The notes: generated by a model from the sequence alone, not told the origin. Positions 18,895 to 28,880 are shown, counted from the first letter of the stretch. The stretch is 64,000 nucleotides of DNA from Arenicellales bacterium (GCA_965202615.1 OZ241837.1:1096347-1160346), one strand, 5' to 3'. Made by a program: numbers and translations.

Positions 18895-19836
18895 TCACTT
18901 GCCTTCACGATTATAGCGAACGCCAATCGCCGCAGGTGGGCGAACCTTGCCTGCAAAAAACACCAGAGCCAGGAACGATGCGATAAATGGCACCATGGAA
19001 AACAGCTGGTAGGGCACCTCTGGACTGTTAAATTGAAGCCTCAGCTGAAACGCGTCCGATAGTCCGAAAAATAAACAAGCGAGCAGCGCCCCGATCGGAT
19101 TCCAGCGCCCTAGTATCAATGCAGCCAGCGCGATGAAGCCCTTGCCCGCGCTCATGTGCTCGGTAAATACAAAAACTTGTGCAAGCACGAGATAGCAGCC
19201 TCCGAGCCCAGCCATACCACAACTGCACAGCACAGCAATCAGACGCACTTTGGGGACGCTGATACCGGCACTGTCGGCAGCAACCGGGTAATCGCCAATG
19301 GCTCGCAGACTAAGACCCCAGGGAGTCTTATAGATTACCCACCATGCCAACGGCACAAGCAGATACATGATGTATACCAATATGTCCTGGTTGAAAAGCA
19401 CCGGTCCGAGTACGGGAATGGCGGCCAGTCCGGGAATACTGATCGGATAAAAACCAGGCAGCGTTGAGGTTGCGTCCGCGCCAAGAATAAGCCTCGCCAG
19501 ATACGAGGTGAGGCCGAGCATCAGTATGTTGATGGCGATGCCCGCGACCAGCTGGTTTATGGCCAAGCCAACAGCAAGACCCGCAAGTATCAGCCCGGCA
19601 ATCAGTGCCACGGAAATGCCCAGAGCCAGCCCACCGAACGGAGTGCCAGTCAGATACGCACCGACAGCGGCACCGAACGCACCGCCCAGAATGCAACCCT
19701 CGAGCGAAATATTGAAAACACCCGAGCGTTCCGCAATGACCCCGCCTACCGCAGCAAAAATGATAGGAACCGATAACCGAAGGCTGGTCGACAGGAAGTC
19801 AGTAGCGACTTGGGGGTTGGTGATCAACTCAATCAT
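18895..19836 (-). CDS. ABC transporter permease (BMP/nucleoside uptake family)
   Basis: A polytopic membrane protein that is last in a four-gene ABC operon. Its start overlaps the upstream permease stop by 4 nt. Confidence 0.75.
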   Translation of the reverse strand: MIELITNPQVATDFLSTSLRLSVPIIFAAVGGVIAERSGVFNISLEGCILGGAFGAAVGAYLTGTPFGGLALGISVALIAGLILAGLAVGLAINQLVAGIAINILMLGLTSYLARLILGADATSTLPGFYPISIPGLAAIPVLGPVLFNQDILVYIMYLLVPLAWWVIYKTPWGLSLRAIGDYPVAADSAGISVPKVRLIAVLCSCGMAGLGGCYLVLAQVFVFTEHMSAGKGFIALAALILGRWNPIGALLACLFFGLSDAFQLRLQFNSPEVPYQLFSMVPFIASFLALVFFAGKVRPPAAIGVRYNREGK

Positions 19837-20939
19837 GGCCCGTCGCCCGATTTCCGAAAGCTGTCCCCCAATTCGGCATCAAGATTCCGTCGGGAGCGTA
19901 TAACCCGAGCAACCCAATTCGTTGCATCGTTTCTAAATCCGAGACTGGCTGCAACAAAAATGATCACCAGTCCCTGAATCGCCTCAACCACCGTACTTTC
20001 AAGTCCGACCGCCCGCTGCATACCGAGGGCGCCGGCTTTCAGTCCAGCCAGAAAGAACGCTGCCAGCGGTGCCAGGAAGGGATTCAGTGTCGCCAGGAAG
20101 GCAACCACGATTCCGTCGAACCCGTACCCGGGTGAGAAGTGGTGGTAGAGTCGGTATTTGAGTCCGAGCACCTCAAATGTTCCCGCAAGTCCGCCCAAGG
20201 CGCCGGCGACAAACATAACTCCCACGATATAGGGTTTGACCGGAATGCCAGCATAGCGCGCGGCGACGGCATTCTTCCCGATTGTATTCAGCGCGTAACC
20301 GACGGTTGAGTAGCGCAAGACGAAGAACATCATCATCGCCAGTAGCAATCCGATAATCACCCCGGCATGCGCATCGGTTGCCGGCAGTATCCAAGGAAGC
20401 CACAGCTCTTGGCGAATTTCCTCCGAATAAGGATAGGGCGCACCTTCTTGCATCATCGGTCCGCCAGCTACGTAGCTGACGATATTGATGGCGATAAAGT
20501 TCAGCAAAAGCGTGAGAATCACTTCGTTCATGCCGTGATAGGCCTTCAGATAGCCGGGAATCAGCCCCCAAATCCCACCACCGATGGCACCTGCAAGTAC
20601 GCATATCGGAATGTGGATGAGTGGCGGCATCTCGGGCAGTAGCAGCGCGGCCATGGCCGCAAATAGACCGCCCATGTAGATTTGTCCCTCGGCACCGATA
20701 TTCAGAAGTCCCGCACGCAAGGGCAGAATCACGGCTAAACCTGCGAGCAGGATCGGTGAGGTTTTAACTAATGTGCTTGCAACGCCCCAGTAGTCCAAGA
20801 ACGCACCCTTGAGGAGTTCTGCATAGGCTGACAACGGCGACACATCGGCAAAAAGTATTAGTGTGGAACCGATCAGAAGCGCCAGCAGTACGGCCCAGAC
20901 CGGACGCAGCGCATAGGCAAATTGCAAAACAGCATGCAT
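19833..20939 (-). CDS. ABC transporter permease (BMP/nucleoside uptake family)
   Basis: A polytopic membrane protein. Its ATG at 20939 shares one base with the stop codon (20939-20941) of the ATPase gene. Confidence 0.75.
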   Translation of the reverse strand: MHAVLQFAYALRPVWAVLLALLIGSTLILFADVSPLSAYAELLKGAFLDYWGVASTLVKTSPILLAGLAVILPLRAGLLNIGAEGQIYMGGLFAAMAALLLPEMPPLIHIPICVLAGAIGGGIWGLIPGYLKAYHGMNEVILTLLLNFIAINIVSYVAGGPMMQEGAPYPYSEEIRQELWLPWILPATDAHAGVIIGLLLAMMMFFVLRYSTVGYALNTIGKNAVAARYAGIPVKPYIVGVMFVAGALGGLAGTFEVLGLKYRLYHHFSPGYGFDGIVVAFLATLNPFLAPLAAFFLAGLKAGALGMQRAVGLESTVVEAIQGLVIIFVAASLGFRNDATNWVARVIRSRRNLDAELGDSFRKSGDGP

Positions 20940-22471
20940 CAGCTCACACCTGTTTCTAGAAGACCACCCATCAGCGCACCAATTCTTTCTTCCGTTACCT
21001 CATCTGGTGTCAGAATGCCGGTAATCTCTCCTGCGCACATGACGGCAATTCGGTCAGCGACAGTCATGATGTGCTCAAGTTCGGTCGAAATGTACAGAAT
21101 CGCCTTGCCAGCGGCACGTTGCGACATGACGGTACGCTGCACCGACTCGATTGCGCCGACATCCAGACCCTTGCAGGGTTGCATTACAACGAAAATGAGA
21201 GGTTCGCATTCGACTTCACGCGCAAAGATGAGTTTCTGTTGATTGCCACCTGAGAGAAACCTTGCTTTCTGGTCAATCGACTGCATCCGCACGTCATAAC
21301 GATCAACCCAGTCCTTGGCCGTTTTGCGGATTTGCGAGTTCTGTATTATGCCTTTCGCGCAAAAAGGCGGCACATTGAAATCCCGCAGCACTGCGTTTTG
21401 CGCGACGGAGAAATCCAGTACCAAGCCGGTGTGCTGACGGTCTTCTGGCACGTAGGAAAGACGATGATGGTGTCGCCGCGCATGTACCGAACTCTTGGTG
21501 ACGTCTTGTCCATTGATTGTCACACTGCCGGCTTCAGGCGTCAGCAGCCCTGCAACCACTTTCGCGAGCTCTGCCTGGCCATTGCCGTCCACTCCGGCGA
21601 TGCCCAGCACTTCTCCAGCGCGTATCTCGATCGAAACACCTTTCAGCGCCTCTACACCTCGCTGATCGCGGACATGCAACCCCTCAGCCTTGAACACGAC
21701 TTTGCCTGGCTTGCTGTTGCCGCTGTCCATGCGTTCATGCACCACCTCGCGGCCGATCATCAAGCGGGCCATTTCCTTCGCGCTGGTATCTGCTACGCTG
21801 ACCTCAGCGCTGACCTTGCCGTGCCGCATGATGGTGACAACATCAGCTACTGCTTTAACTTCGTTGAGCTTGTGAGTAATGAAAATGACTGTCTTGCCGC
21901 TATCTCGCAGTCGCTTGAGCCCTTCGAGGAAACTTGAAATTTCATTTGGCGCCAGAACACTTGTGGGCTCATCGAATATGATGATTTCTGCGTCCCGGAA
22001 CAGAACCTTCAGAATTTCAATCCGTTGCTGCATGCCCAAAGGCAGTTTCCAAATCTCCTGATGCGGATCTATGTCAAATTCGAACTGCTCGGACAGGGCA
22101 GTTAACTTGCGCGCAATCGCCTTCAGGTTCAGCGATAGTCCCTGACCACGCAGGCCAAGTACAACGTTTTCAGCGACAGTCAAGGTATCGACCAGCATGA
22201 AGTGCTGATGAATCATACCGATACCCAATTCCATAGCGGCTCTCGGTGAAGGGATGATGGTCGTCTTTCCGTTCAGGACAATCTCACCTTCGTCCGGCTG
22301 ATACAGTCCAAATAGAACGTTCATCAGCGTTGTCTTGCCAGCCCCGTTCTCGCCGAGAATGGCATGTATCGTCCCGTCTTCGATCTCCATATCAATGCGA
22401 TCAAGAGCCCGAAACGTCCCGAACAGTTTTGAGATTCCGCACAAAGAAAGAGCCATGGCACTCGTTCCCAT
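20939..22471 (-). CDS. ABC transporter ATP-binding protein with duplicated ATPase domains
   Basis: It has two nucleotide-binding domains: GENGAGKTTL plus LPLGMQQRIEILK...IIIFDEPT, and a second LSGGNQQKLIFARE...VVMQPCKGLDVGA. Confidence 0.85.
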   Translation of the reverse strand: MGTSAMALSLCGISKLFGTFRALDRIDMEIEDGTIHAILGENGAGKTTLMNVLFGLYQPDEGEIVLNGKTTIIPSPRAAMELGIGMIHQHFMLVDTLTVAENVVLGLRGQGLSLNLKAIARKLTALSEQFEFDIDPHQEIWKLPLGMQQRIEILKVLFRDAEIIIFDEPTSVLAPNEISSFLEGLKRLRDSGKTVIFITHKLNEVKAVADVVTIMRHGKVSAEVSVADTSAKEMARLMIGREVVHERMDSGNSKPGKVVFKAEGLHVRDQRGVEALKGVSIEIRAGEVLGIAGVDGNGQAELAKVVAGLLTPEAGSVTINGQDVTKSSVHARRHHHRLSYVPEDRQHTGLVLDFSVAQNAVLRDFNVPPFCAKGIIQNSQIRKTAKDWVDRYDVRMQSIDQKARFLSGGNQQKLIFAREVECEPLIFVVMQPCKGLDVGAIESVQRTVMSQRAAGKAILYISTELEHIMTVADRIAVMCAGEITGILTPDEVTEERIGALMGGLLETGVS

Positions 22472-22535
22472 GGTGCTTGTTTTGGTAATGAGTAGCGCAG
22501 AAAGGCGCGCTCAAGCGCGCCTTTCTGCACTGGAG

Positions 22536-23504
22536 TCAGTGGGTTACAACATTTCCGGCGATGATATTTTCGATCAGTGTGGTGACTTCTGCCTGAGTAT
22601 CCGCTGATACACGGTCAGCATAGCTTCCTATGCGAGCTGCTACGGGTGTTTCCAAGCCGAAAATATAGGATATGCCTTCAATTTCTCCCGCCTTCGCTTT
22701 GGAAATCACCTCTCCCAAACCGCTGCGCATATCAAATATTGCAGACTGTATTATCGTGTCGGGCCAGTCCGCGATTGCGTCATAGTAGATGCCAATACCC
22801 ATGGCACCTTTTTCCTTGACGCCTTGGAGGCTGCCTACAACTGCATTGTCCATTGAGGGAAAAATGACATCCGCGCCTTGACTGATCAGATTCAGTGCTG
22901 CTTCTTTCCCCTTAGCAACATCATCCCAGTCATTAGTCCAGGCGGTGAACACCTCGCCGTCCGGACGTGCAGCCATGAAGCCCTTTTCAAAGCCCTGGCC
23001 AAGCTGAACGTAGAACAGCAGTTTCTGCGCGCCGACGTATCCAGCCTTGCCTGTCTCGGAAGTTTTACCGGAAATGTATCCCATGACATAGCCCAGTCCG
23101 GGGAAGTCGAAACTCATCGTAGAAACATTGCCGCCTGGTTCGGTTCCATTGACGATCACAAACTTGGTATCCGGAAATCGTTTTGCTACGCGGGTGACAG
23201 ATTCTTGAAACTCGCCGCCGTGACCGATCACCAGGTTATAGCCTCGACGCGCATAATCAGACAGAGCCTCAGGTTGGTCGGGCTGGGCTGTCTTTTCGGA
23301 ATATGCAAATTCAATGCCGAGCTCGCTGGCTGCGCGCTCAACGCCTTCGTAGCCAGCCTGATTGAAGGATTTGTCAGTGATTACCCCCGGCAAAACAATT
23401 GCGACCTTGAAATCGTCGGCAAGTGCCGAAGTTGCCGCAACGAAAGCAAGCAACACTACCGTTGCTAGCATTTTGCACGTTAAAAACATTCGCTGTACAA
23501 ACAT
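22536..23504 (-). CDS. BMP-family (PnrA/Med-like) substrate-binding lipoprotein/periplasmic protein
   Basis: A signal peptide is followed by FKVAIVLPGVITDKSFNQAGYEGVERA, the characteristic BMP-family N-terminus. The exact start is uncertain because there are several in-frame Met codons. Confidence 0.8.
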   Translation of the reverse strand: MFVQRMFLTCKMLATVVLLAFVAATSALADDFKVAIVLPGVITDKSFNQAGYEGVERAASELGIEFAYSEKTAQPDQPEALSDYARRGYNLVIGHGGEFQESVTRVAKRFPDTKFVIVNGTEPGGNVSTMSFDFPGLGYVMGYISGKTSETGKAGYVGAQKLLFYVQLGQGFEKGFMAARPDGEVFTAWTNDWDDVAKGKEAALNLISQGADVIFPSMDNAVVGSLQGVKEKGAMGIGIYYDAIADWPDTIIQSAIFDMRSGLGEVISKAKAGEIEGISYIFGLETPVAARIGSYADRVSADTQAEVTTLIENIIAGNVVTH

Positions 23505-23758
23505 CGTTTCCCTCCAGTTTATTTGATTGTGTAGACTACTATATATATATCAATGAGTGTGCCGTCACCACGATTTGTATTTGTTTTAAGCGAAAATTTC
23601 AGTCGAACGGAAATCAACCGACATCTTGGTGGCTGGCGAAGACTCTTCAACTTTGATCTCGTTGAATTTATGAATTCAGCAAACAATGTAAAGCAGACTT
23701 GCGCGGAACTAATACACGCAAGACAACTCAAATATTGTGAGCACTTAACTCCAAATTA

Positions 23759-25114
23759 GTGGATTCCGATTTGCACACCACGGCCATACAAATTTTAATT
23801 GCAGCACTTAGTTTGCTCCCAGCCGCTTCGGCAACGGCCGACAGTGGTGCGGCTCTGTCTTTTTCAGTGCTTGAGTGGTGGGTGGTCATCGGTTCGTTGT
23901 TTATTGGTGTATTGATTTCCGCATCAAGGGAGCGTCAGCCGCTGCAATCAAATCAGGTCGGTCTTGATAGTGAAATAGCAAATGGCTCAGACACTCGCCA
24001 ACAAAGCAAAACCGCACAAACGCGCAAAATGTTGTACTTTGCCGCGAGTGGAGTATTTGCGGGATTGCTCGCTTCAATTTCAACGCTATTCCCAGCAGTC
24101 TGTACTTTGGGGACTGTTGCAATTTTGTTGTTTGGTTTTGCCGTTTCTCTACTGGGTGTGTCTCCAATCAGCCTCTCCTCGATCCTACAATCCGATCACT
24201 TGGAGCGATTTTCAGACAGTTGGACTTCAGGATTGGTCGTTGCTTTAATTCTGGCATCTGTTACATCTTGGGTAATCAATCCTTTGATTGGCACCAGTCT
24301 TGTCGACAGCGATTTTCAACTGGTTGCTGGCATTATCGCAGGATTGACAGTCGGTGCAATCATTGGCGAGCTTTGGACCAGCCATGCGAAAACTGACAGT
24401 GCAGACGATTTTCGGCGATTGATGCGTCGTTTTTCCGCAGTTGCCATGATTGCCTTGGCAATATACGTGGCTGGCAGAATTCCTGAGGTTCCCGTGTTGT
24501 TTCTCTGGGCTGTATTTCTAGTGGTTCTCTCAGTGTACTGTGGCGCAACGACCCGACTCGCGCAGCCCGCCAGCGGTGAGCGACAACTGCTTAAGGGTTT
24601 GGGTGTTGTGATGCTGATTTTCGGAGTGATAGGACTGACCAGCGCTTCGGTCGGCTCCCGAAATTTGAACGAGTCATTCACCCAATTTTCGGCCTTTATA
24701 ACCGCGGGTGGGGGACTCGACGGTACCCTGTCCGGGGAATCCAAGTCAGAGGTGTTCGTTTACGCCAGGTCCATGGATGAGTTTGACCAAATGCTTGCGC
24801 AGGCGAAGCAAGCAGGTAAACCGGCTGCAGTAGATTTGTATGCTGACTGGTGTCTCGACTGTAAACGAATGGACCGAACAACATTCAAAGAACCGTCAAT
24901 CGTAACTGAATTGACCGAAACCTTTGACAGCATCAAAATAGATATTACCGATCCCAACGATAGATTTGGCCGTGCGTTAAGAAAGCGCTTCAAGGTGTTC
25001 GGCCCGCCTGCACTGCTGTTCTTTGACCGAGACGGAAATGTTTCGGCAAACTCTCCTGTCTATGGCTACCTTGATGTTGACGAATTGACCGTTCTGCTCG
25101 CGCAGGTCAAGTAG
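23759..25114 (+). CDS. dsbD: DsbD-family thiol:disulfide interchange protein (membrane region plus C-terminal thioredoxin domain; atypical N-terminus)
   Basis: The C-terminus GKPAAVDLYADWCLDCKRMDRTTF...FGPPALLFFDRDG parallels E. coli DsbD-gamma ([24 protein letters not shown]...LGLPTILFFD). Several hydrophobic helices lie upstream. I see no recognisable DsbD-alpha domain. The start codon is GTG. Confidence 0.65.
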   Translation: MDSDLHTTAIQILIAALSLLPAASATADSGAALSFSVLEWWVVIGSLFIGVLISASRERQPLQSNQVGLDSEIANGSDTRQQSKTAQTRKMLYFAASGVFAGLLASISTLFPAVCTLGTVAILLFGFAVSLLGVSPISLSSILQSDHLERFSDSWTSGLVVALILASVTSWVINPLIGTSLVDSDFQLVAGIIAGLTVGAIIGELWTSHAKTDSADDFRRLMRRFSAVAMIALAIYVAGRIPEVPVLFLWAVFLVVLSVYCGATTRLAQPASGERQLLKGLGVVMLIFGVIGLTSASVGSRNLNESFTQFSAFITAGGGLDGTLSGESKSEVFVYARSMDEFDQMLAQAKQAGKPAAVDLYADWCLDCKRMDRTTFKEPSIVTELTETFDSIKIDITDPNDRFGRALRKRFKVFGPPALLFFDRDGNVSANSPVYGYLDVDELTVLLAQVK

Positions 25115-25621
25115 AAATTGTGTCCTACGGACTATTGAAGCGTTGACTTCATTCAGGAAATAGATTACCGAATCTGCCTAGTCCTACAACAAGTTTGATA
25201 GTTGTGAAGAACCTGAAAATTATTGCTTCTCCTGAAGACTCTATTTTCCTAAACCAACTAGACAATTGACCGTCACGAAACGATAAAGAAAATTGTAGAA
25301 TACTTGACTAAAGTTGACGATGCTCGCAGAAAACTGTGCGGTTGTTGCACAGCGCACACGGGAGGCTTGAGAACAGTTTAGTACTATGAAAAGTTGAATG
25401 AAACTTGATGGGGAATGCCAAATTGCAGTCAATTCAAAACGACTACCAAAGACCTACAGGGCAGAGTACAAGATCGCTACTCCCGAACAGGTTGCAAAAT
25501 ACTCTTACTACATAATCCATTAAAGTCAGATTATTCCAAAAGATCACAAATGTGGAAATGAAATTTTTGGACGTCAATCTAAATATTCAACTCCCAAAAT
25601 GAAATACAAGGTTACCCTACT

Positions 25622-26392
25622 ATGGCGACACTTAAATTAGATGAATGGCAAGTCGAGAATTTGCGGTTCACTGTTTTTCCAACGGAGAGTGTTAGTATGG
25701 CCGTTCGATTTTGGGAGTCTCTGATTGGAAGTCCCCCAGATGATCAACACAGCCAACCAAATAAGGGTTTATTTACGGAGGAGGGTACATACGAAGATAC
25801 CAAACTTGGAGTTCAAATTGCTCCCCAAAGAATTGATTGGTTACTATACCCAGATATCCAAAAAATTAGTGGAACATTACCAACTTTTGGTAATTACGAA
25901 TCTTGGAGTCAGCGATTCCTCGAGTTGATGCTGAAATGGTTAGCGGAGTGTCCCTCTGTAAACAGATTGGCATATGGTTGTATACTTTTGCACCCGTGTA
26001 ACAATTTAAATGTTGCTTATGAAACACTCAAACCTTTACTTCCAACTGTCTCGATTGGAGATGGTAATTTTTCCGATTTGAGTTTCAGAATAAACCGTCC
26101 GAGAACAAAAAAGTTTGGAAAAGAGGACGTGAATTTCAATCGCCTTTCCACTTGGTCGGCTAGGGATTTGATTTCTGGCAATATTCAAATTTCAAGTGAT
26201 ATTCGGGAAACTGGGCATAACCTGAATATACCAATTCATCAAATTGCATCGCAGAGTTGTATTAGGCTGGAATCAGACATTAATACTACGCACTATAGAA
26301 ACGAATCCTTTGCCAAAAATAAACTTCCACATATTTTCGAAACACTTGTGGAGTACGGCAATGAAATTGCTAGCAATGGAGATGTTCCATGA
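25622..26392 (+). CDS. Hypothetical protein A of a three-gene operon (no family recognised)
   Basis: 256-aa ORF in an AT-richer islet. Its stop overlaps the start of the next gene (ATGA at 26389-26392). There are no TM segments and no motif I can assign. Confidence 0.6.
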   Translation: MATLKLDEWQVENLRFTVFPTESVSMAVRFWESLIGSPPDDQHSQPNKGLFTEEGTYEDTKLGVQIAPQRIDWLLYPDIQKISGTLPTFGNYESWSQRFLELMLKWLAECPSVNRLAYGCILLHPCNNLNVAYETLKPLLPTVSIGDGNFSDLSFRINRPRTKKFGKEDVNFNRLSTWSARDLISGNIQISSDIRETGHNLNIPIHQIASQSCIRLESDINTTHYRNESFAKNKLPHIFETLVEYGNEIASNGDVP

Positions 26393-27300
26393 CTTTTGAT
26401 CGTTCTGCCTCAACAAATTTCGCTGAAGGTTATGAGTTCTTGTCGTTTGAAATTTTCGAAGATTCAAATATGCCTTGTTTCTCTGGAGTTATAAGCGGTC
26501 AATATTCACCATTTAATGAGTTGCCTGAATTCAATACTGTATTCCTACGGTATTTCTCAGGCCAACCCGAAGCAGATAGTTCGAATCAATCTTTTTTGAT
26601 TAGTAGTGAGGGGTTGGACCGAGCGAGTTTTGCTATTGTTAAAGTTCACTCTGGTCAACTCCGAGAAATTTCTCGCAATGCAATTTTAGGCATTGGCTTC
26701 AACAGTGAATTTTCGGATAAACTTCAAAGGTCATGGAAAAATTTGTTTATTGATCAATCGCCGGAGTTCCACGCTCCATTAATTTCCTATTATTCTGACC
26801 AATCCGAAGCAGATAGTCCGAATCAAACTTTTTTGACTAGTAGCGAGAGGTCAGGTCGCACAAGCTTTGCTATCGTCGAAAAGCGTATTGATCAACTCTA
26901 CGAAGTTGCTCGAAATGAAGTTTTCAAAGTCGGTTACAACAGTCAGTTTTCAAGTGATTTACAAAGGTTATTTGAGCAATTCCCTTTTGATGTTATGCGA
27001 ATTTTGAAAAAAATATTGGCTTCAAATAAAAAGGATACAGAAATTTTGGCAGAAATACTGCGCTGGGTATCACGTCAGGAATCGCTTTCGGTCAGGAATT
27101 TGGTGATCGATATTCTGTCCACTGGGCTTTATCACCAGTCATCTTTAGTGAGAGATGCGGCAGCGAATGGTATTGCCGATATCGACGAAAAAATTGCTGT
27201 TGGACACATTGAACTTGCAATCGATAGAGAAAAAGTCCCTGAACTTCGCACTGATATGCGAGATCTTTTGCGCTCTTTATCTGATAACTTGAGTAAATGA
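26389..27300 (+). CDS. Hypothetical protein B: internal 79-aa tandem duplication plus a HEAT/ARM-like C-terminus
   Basis: 303-aa ORF with overlapping start and stop on both sides. The repeat YFSGQPEADSSNQSFLISSEG..SFAIV... recurs as YYSDQSEADSPNQTFLTSSER..SFAIV.... The C-terminal segment LVIDILSTGLYHQSSLVRDAAANGIADI looks like a HEAT repeat. Confidence 0.6.
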   Translation: MTFDRSASTNFAEGYEFLSFEIFEDSNMPCFSGVISGQYSPFNELPEFNTVFLRYFSGQPEADSSNQSFLISSEGLDRASFAIVKVHSGQLREISRNAILGIGFNSEFSDKLQRSWKNLFIDQSPEFHAPLISYYSDQSEADSPNQTFLTSSERSGRTSFAIVEKRIDQLYEVARNEVFKVGYNSQFSSDLQRLFEQFPFDVMRILKKILASNKKDTEILAEILRWVSRQESLSVRNLVIDILSTGLYHQSSLVRDAAANGIADIDEKIAVGHIELAIDREKVPELRTDMRDLLRSLSDNLSK

Positions 27301-27788
27301 TTCTTAGAAAACTGAGTCAGCGGAGAAATTGGGATAAAGAAAAGTGGCTAGGGTCAGATGAAGTGCAAGGAAATGCTCTTCATTGTCTTCTACCAAAATG
27401 CAACCGATTATCCATATTTAAAATTGACCAAAAATTACAGCGAGAGCGAACGGTTGCTGCCTTGGCGCTGACGAGAGATAACCTCTCGTACTTGGATCTG
27501 GCTGAATTTAATGAAGAATTGATTAGTTCTTTGGATATTCGTACTGAAGAGGTGCTCGCGAATACTCCCGATTATGAAGTTAACGGGTGGCACATAGATC
27601 TTGTAGAATTGACGGTGTCCAAGATTGCAAGGATTGCTATATCGATTCGAAACGAGGGAAAAGTAATGCGCTATCCCCAAGGAGATGTGATTAAATTCAT
27701 TTCAAATTCCATTCGAGATAAGTGCATCAATCTGGAGGAAATTAATCCACAAATGCAATCCTCATTGAGGAAAAGAAACGTGCTCTGA
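27297..27788 (+). CDS. Hypothetical protein C of the three-gene operon
   Basis: 163-aa ORF whose ATG overlaps the stop of gene B (ATGA at 27297-27300). I recognise no motif. Confidence 0.55.
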   Translation: MILRKLSQRRNWDKEKWLGSDEVQGNALHCLLPKCNRLSIFKIDQKLQRERTVAALALTRDNLSYLDLAEFNEELISSLDIRTEEVLANTPDYEVNGWHIDLVELTVSKIARIAISIRNEGKVMRYPQGDVIKFISNSIRDKCINLEEINPQMQSSLRKRNVL

Positions 27789-28070
27789 GATGGAGTTTTT
27801 AGGTTAGTTTGATCCTTTATGACATCAAATGAGAATTGCGATTGAACCGAAAGATGAATTCGCATAAACCACCGCGACACAATCTTTCTCATTTGCCCCT
27901 CCACTTACATCTCACAGTCGGTGACACCACGCTTGTAATTGTCGCTTTTCACAAACACGTCGTCAACGCACCAGCTGATTACGCATTGCATCCCTGCAAT
28001 TCGATGTCAGACGCAATTTTGCGCTCAATGTCGCACACTGCCCTGTCGATTTTTCACAGCAATTGAGCAA

Positions 28071-28548
28071 ACCAGTGCTTTGATCGGTTCCCGGAATTTT
28101 AACGAGTCATTCACTCTATTTATCAGCCTTAATTACCGCGGGTGGGGGACTCGACAGTGCCCTGTCCGGGGAATCCGAATCAGAGGTGTTTGTTTACGCT
28201 AGGTCCATGGATGAGTTTGACCAAATGCTTGCACAGGCGAAGCAAGCGGGTAAACCGGCTGCAGTAGATTTGTATGCTGACTGGTGTCTCGACTGTAAAC
28301 GAATGGACCGAACAACATTCAAAGAACCGTCAATCGTAACTGAAATGACTGAAACCTTTGACAGCATCAAGATTGATATTACCGATCCCAACGATAGATT
28401 TGGCCGTGCGTTAAGAAAGCGCTTCAAGGTGTTCGGCCCGCCTGCACTGCTGTTCTTTGATCGAGACGGAAACGTTTCGGCAAACTCTCCTGTCTATGGC
28501 TACCTTGATGTTGACGAATTGACCGTTCTGCTTGCACAGGTCAAGTAG
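28071..28548 (+). pseudogene. Partial duplicate of the dsbD 3' end (copy B), retaining an intact thioredoxin-domain reading frame
   Basis: 28071-28655 aligns with 24638-25220. The 5' part carries a 1-nt indel relative to dsbD near 28120-28135. From the GTG at 28186 the 120-codon frame is intact and differs from DsbD at one residue (L to M). Confidence 0.8.
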
Positions 28549-28880
28549 AAATTGTGTCCTACGGACTATTGAAGCGTTCACTTCATTCAGATAATCAGAT
28601 TTCAGGGTCTGTGCAGCCCACAACATGTTGAATTGTTTCGAAGAACCTGAATTTTCCTGATAATCCATAATGCGCCGTTTACCAAGACGATCTCAAACAT
28701 TCCATAATTTAACCCTGCAAATTAGAAATTTCATTTCTAATTTGCAGGCATATTGAGCCACATCTCGCCAGTCCCATTCTTAATGCATTGGTAACCATGA
28801 CAACTTGCTGGCTCCCCAGTAGTTGGTGCAAGTTGAGAAGCGTTCGTGATTGAAAATTGGAAGGTTCTGCCGATCGGTAT

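Noticed and set aside
23540-23550. (TA)5 microsatellite in the divergent promoter region between the BMP transporter operon and dsbD
   Set aside because: It is too short to argue for phase variation. It probably just forms part of an AT-rich promoter or -10 region.
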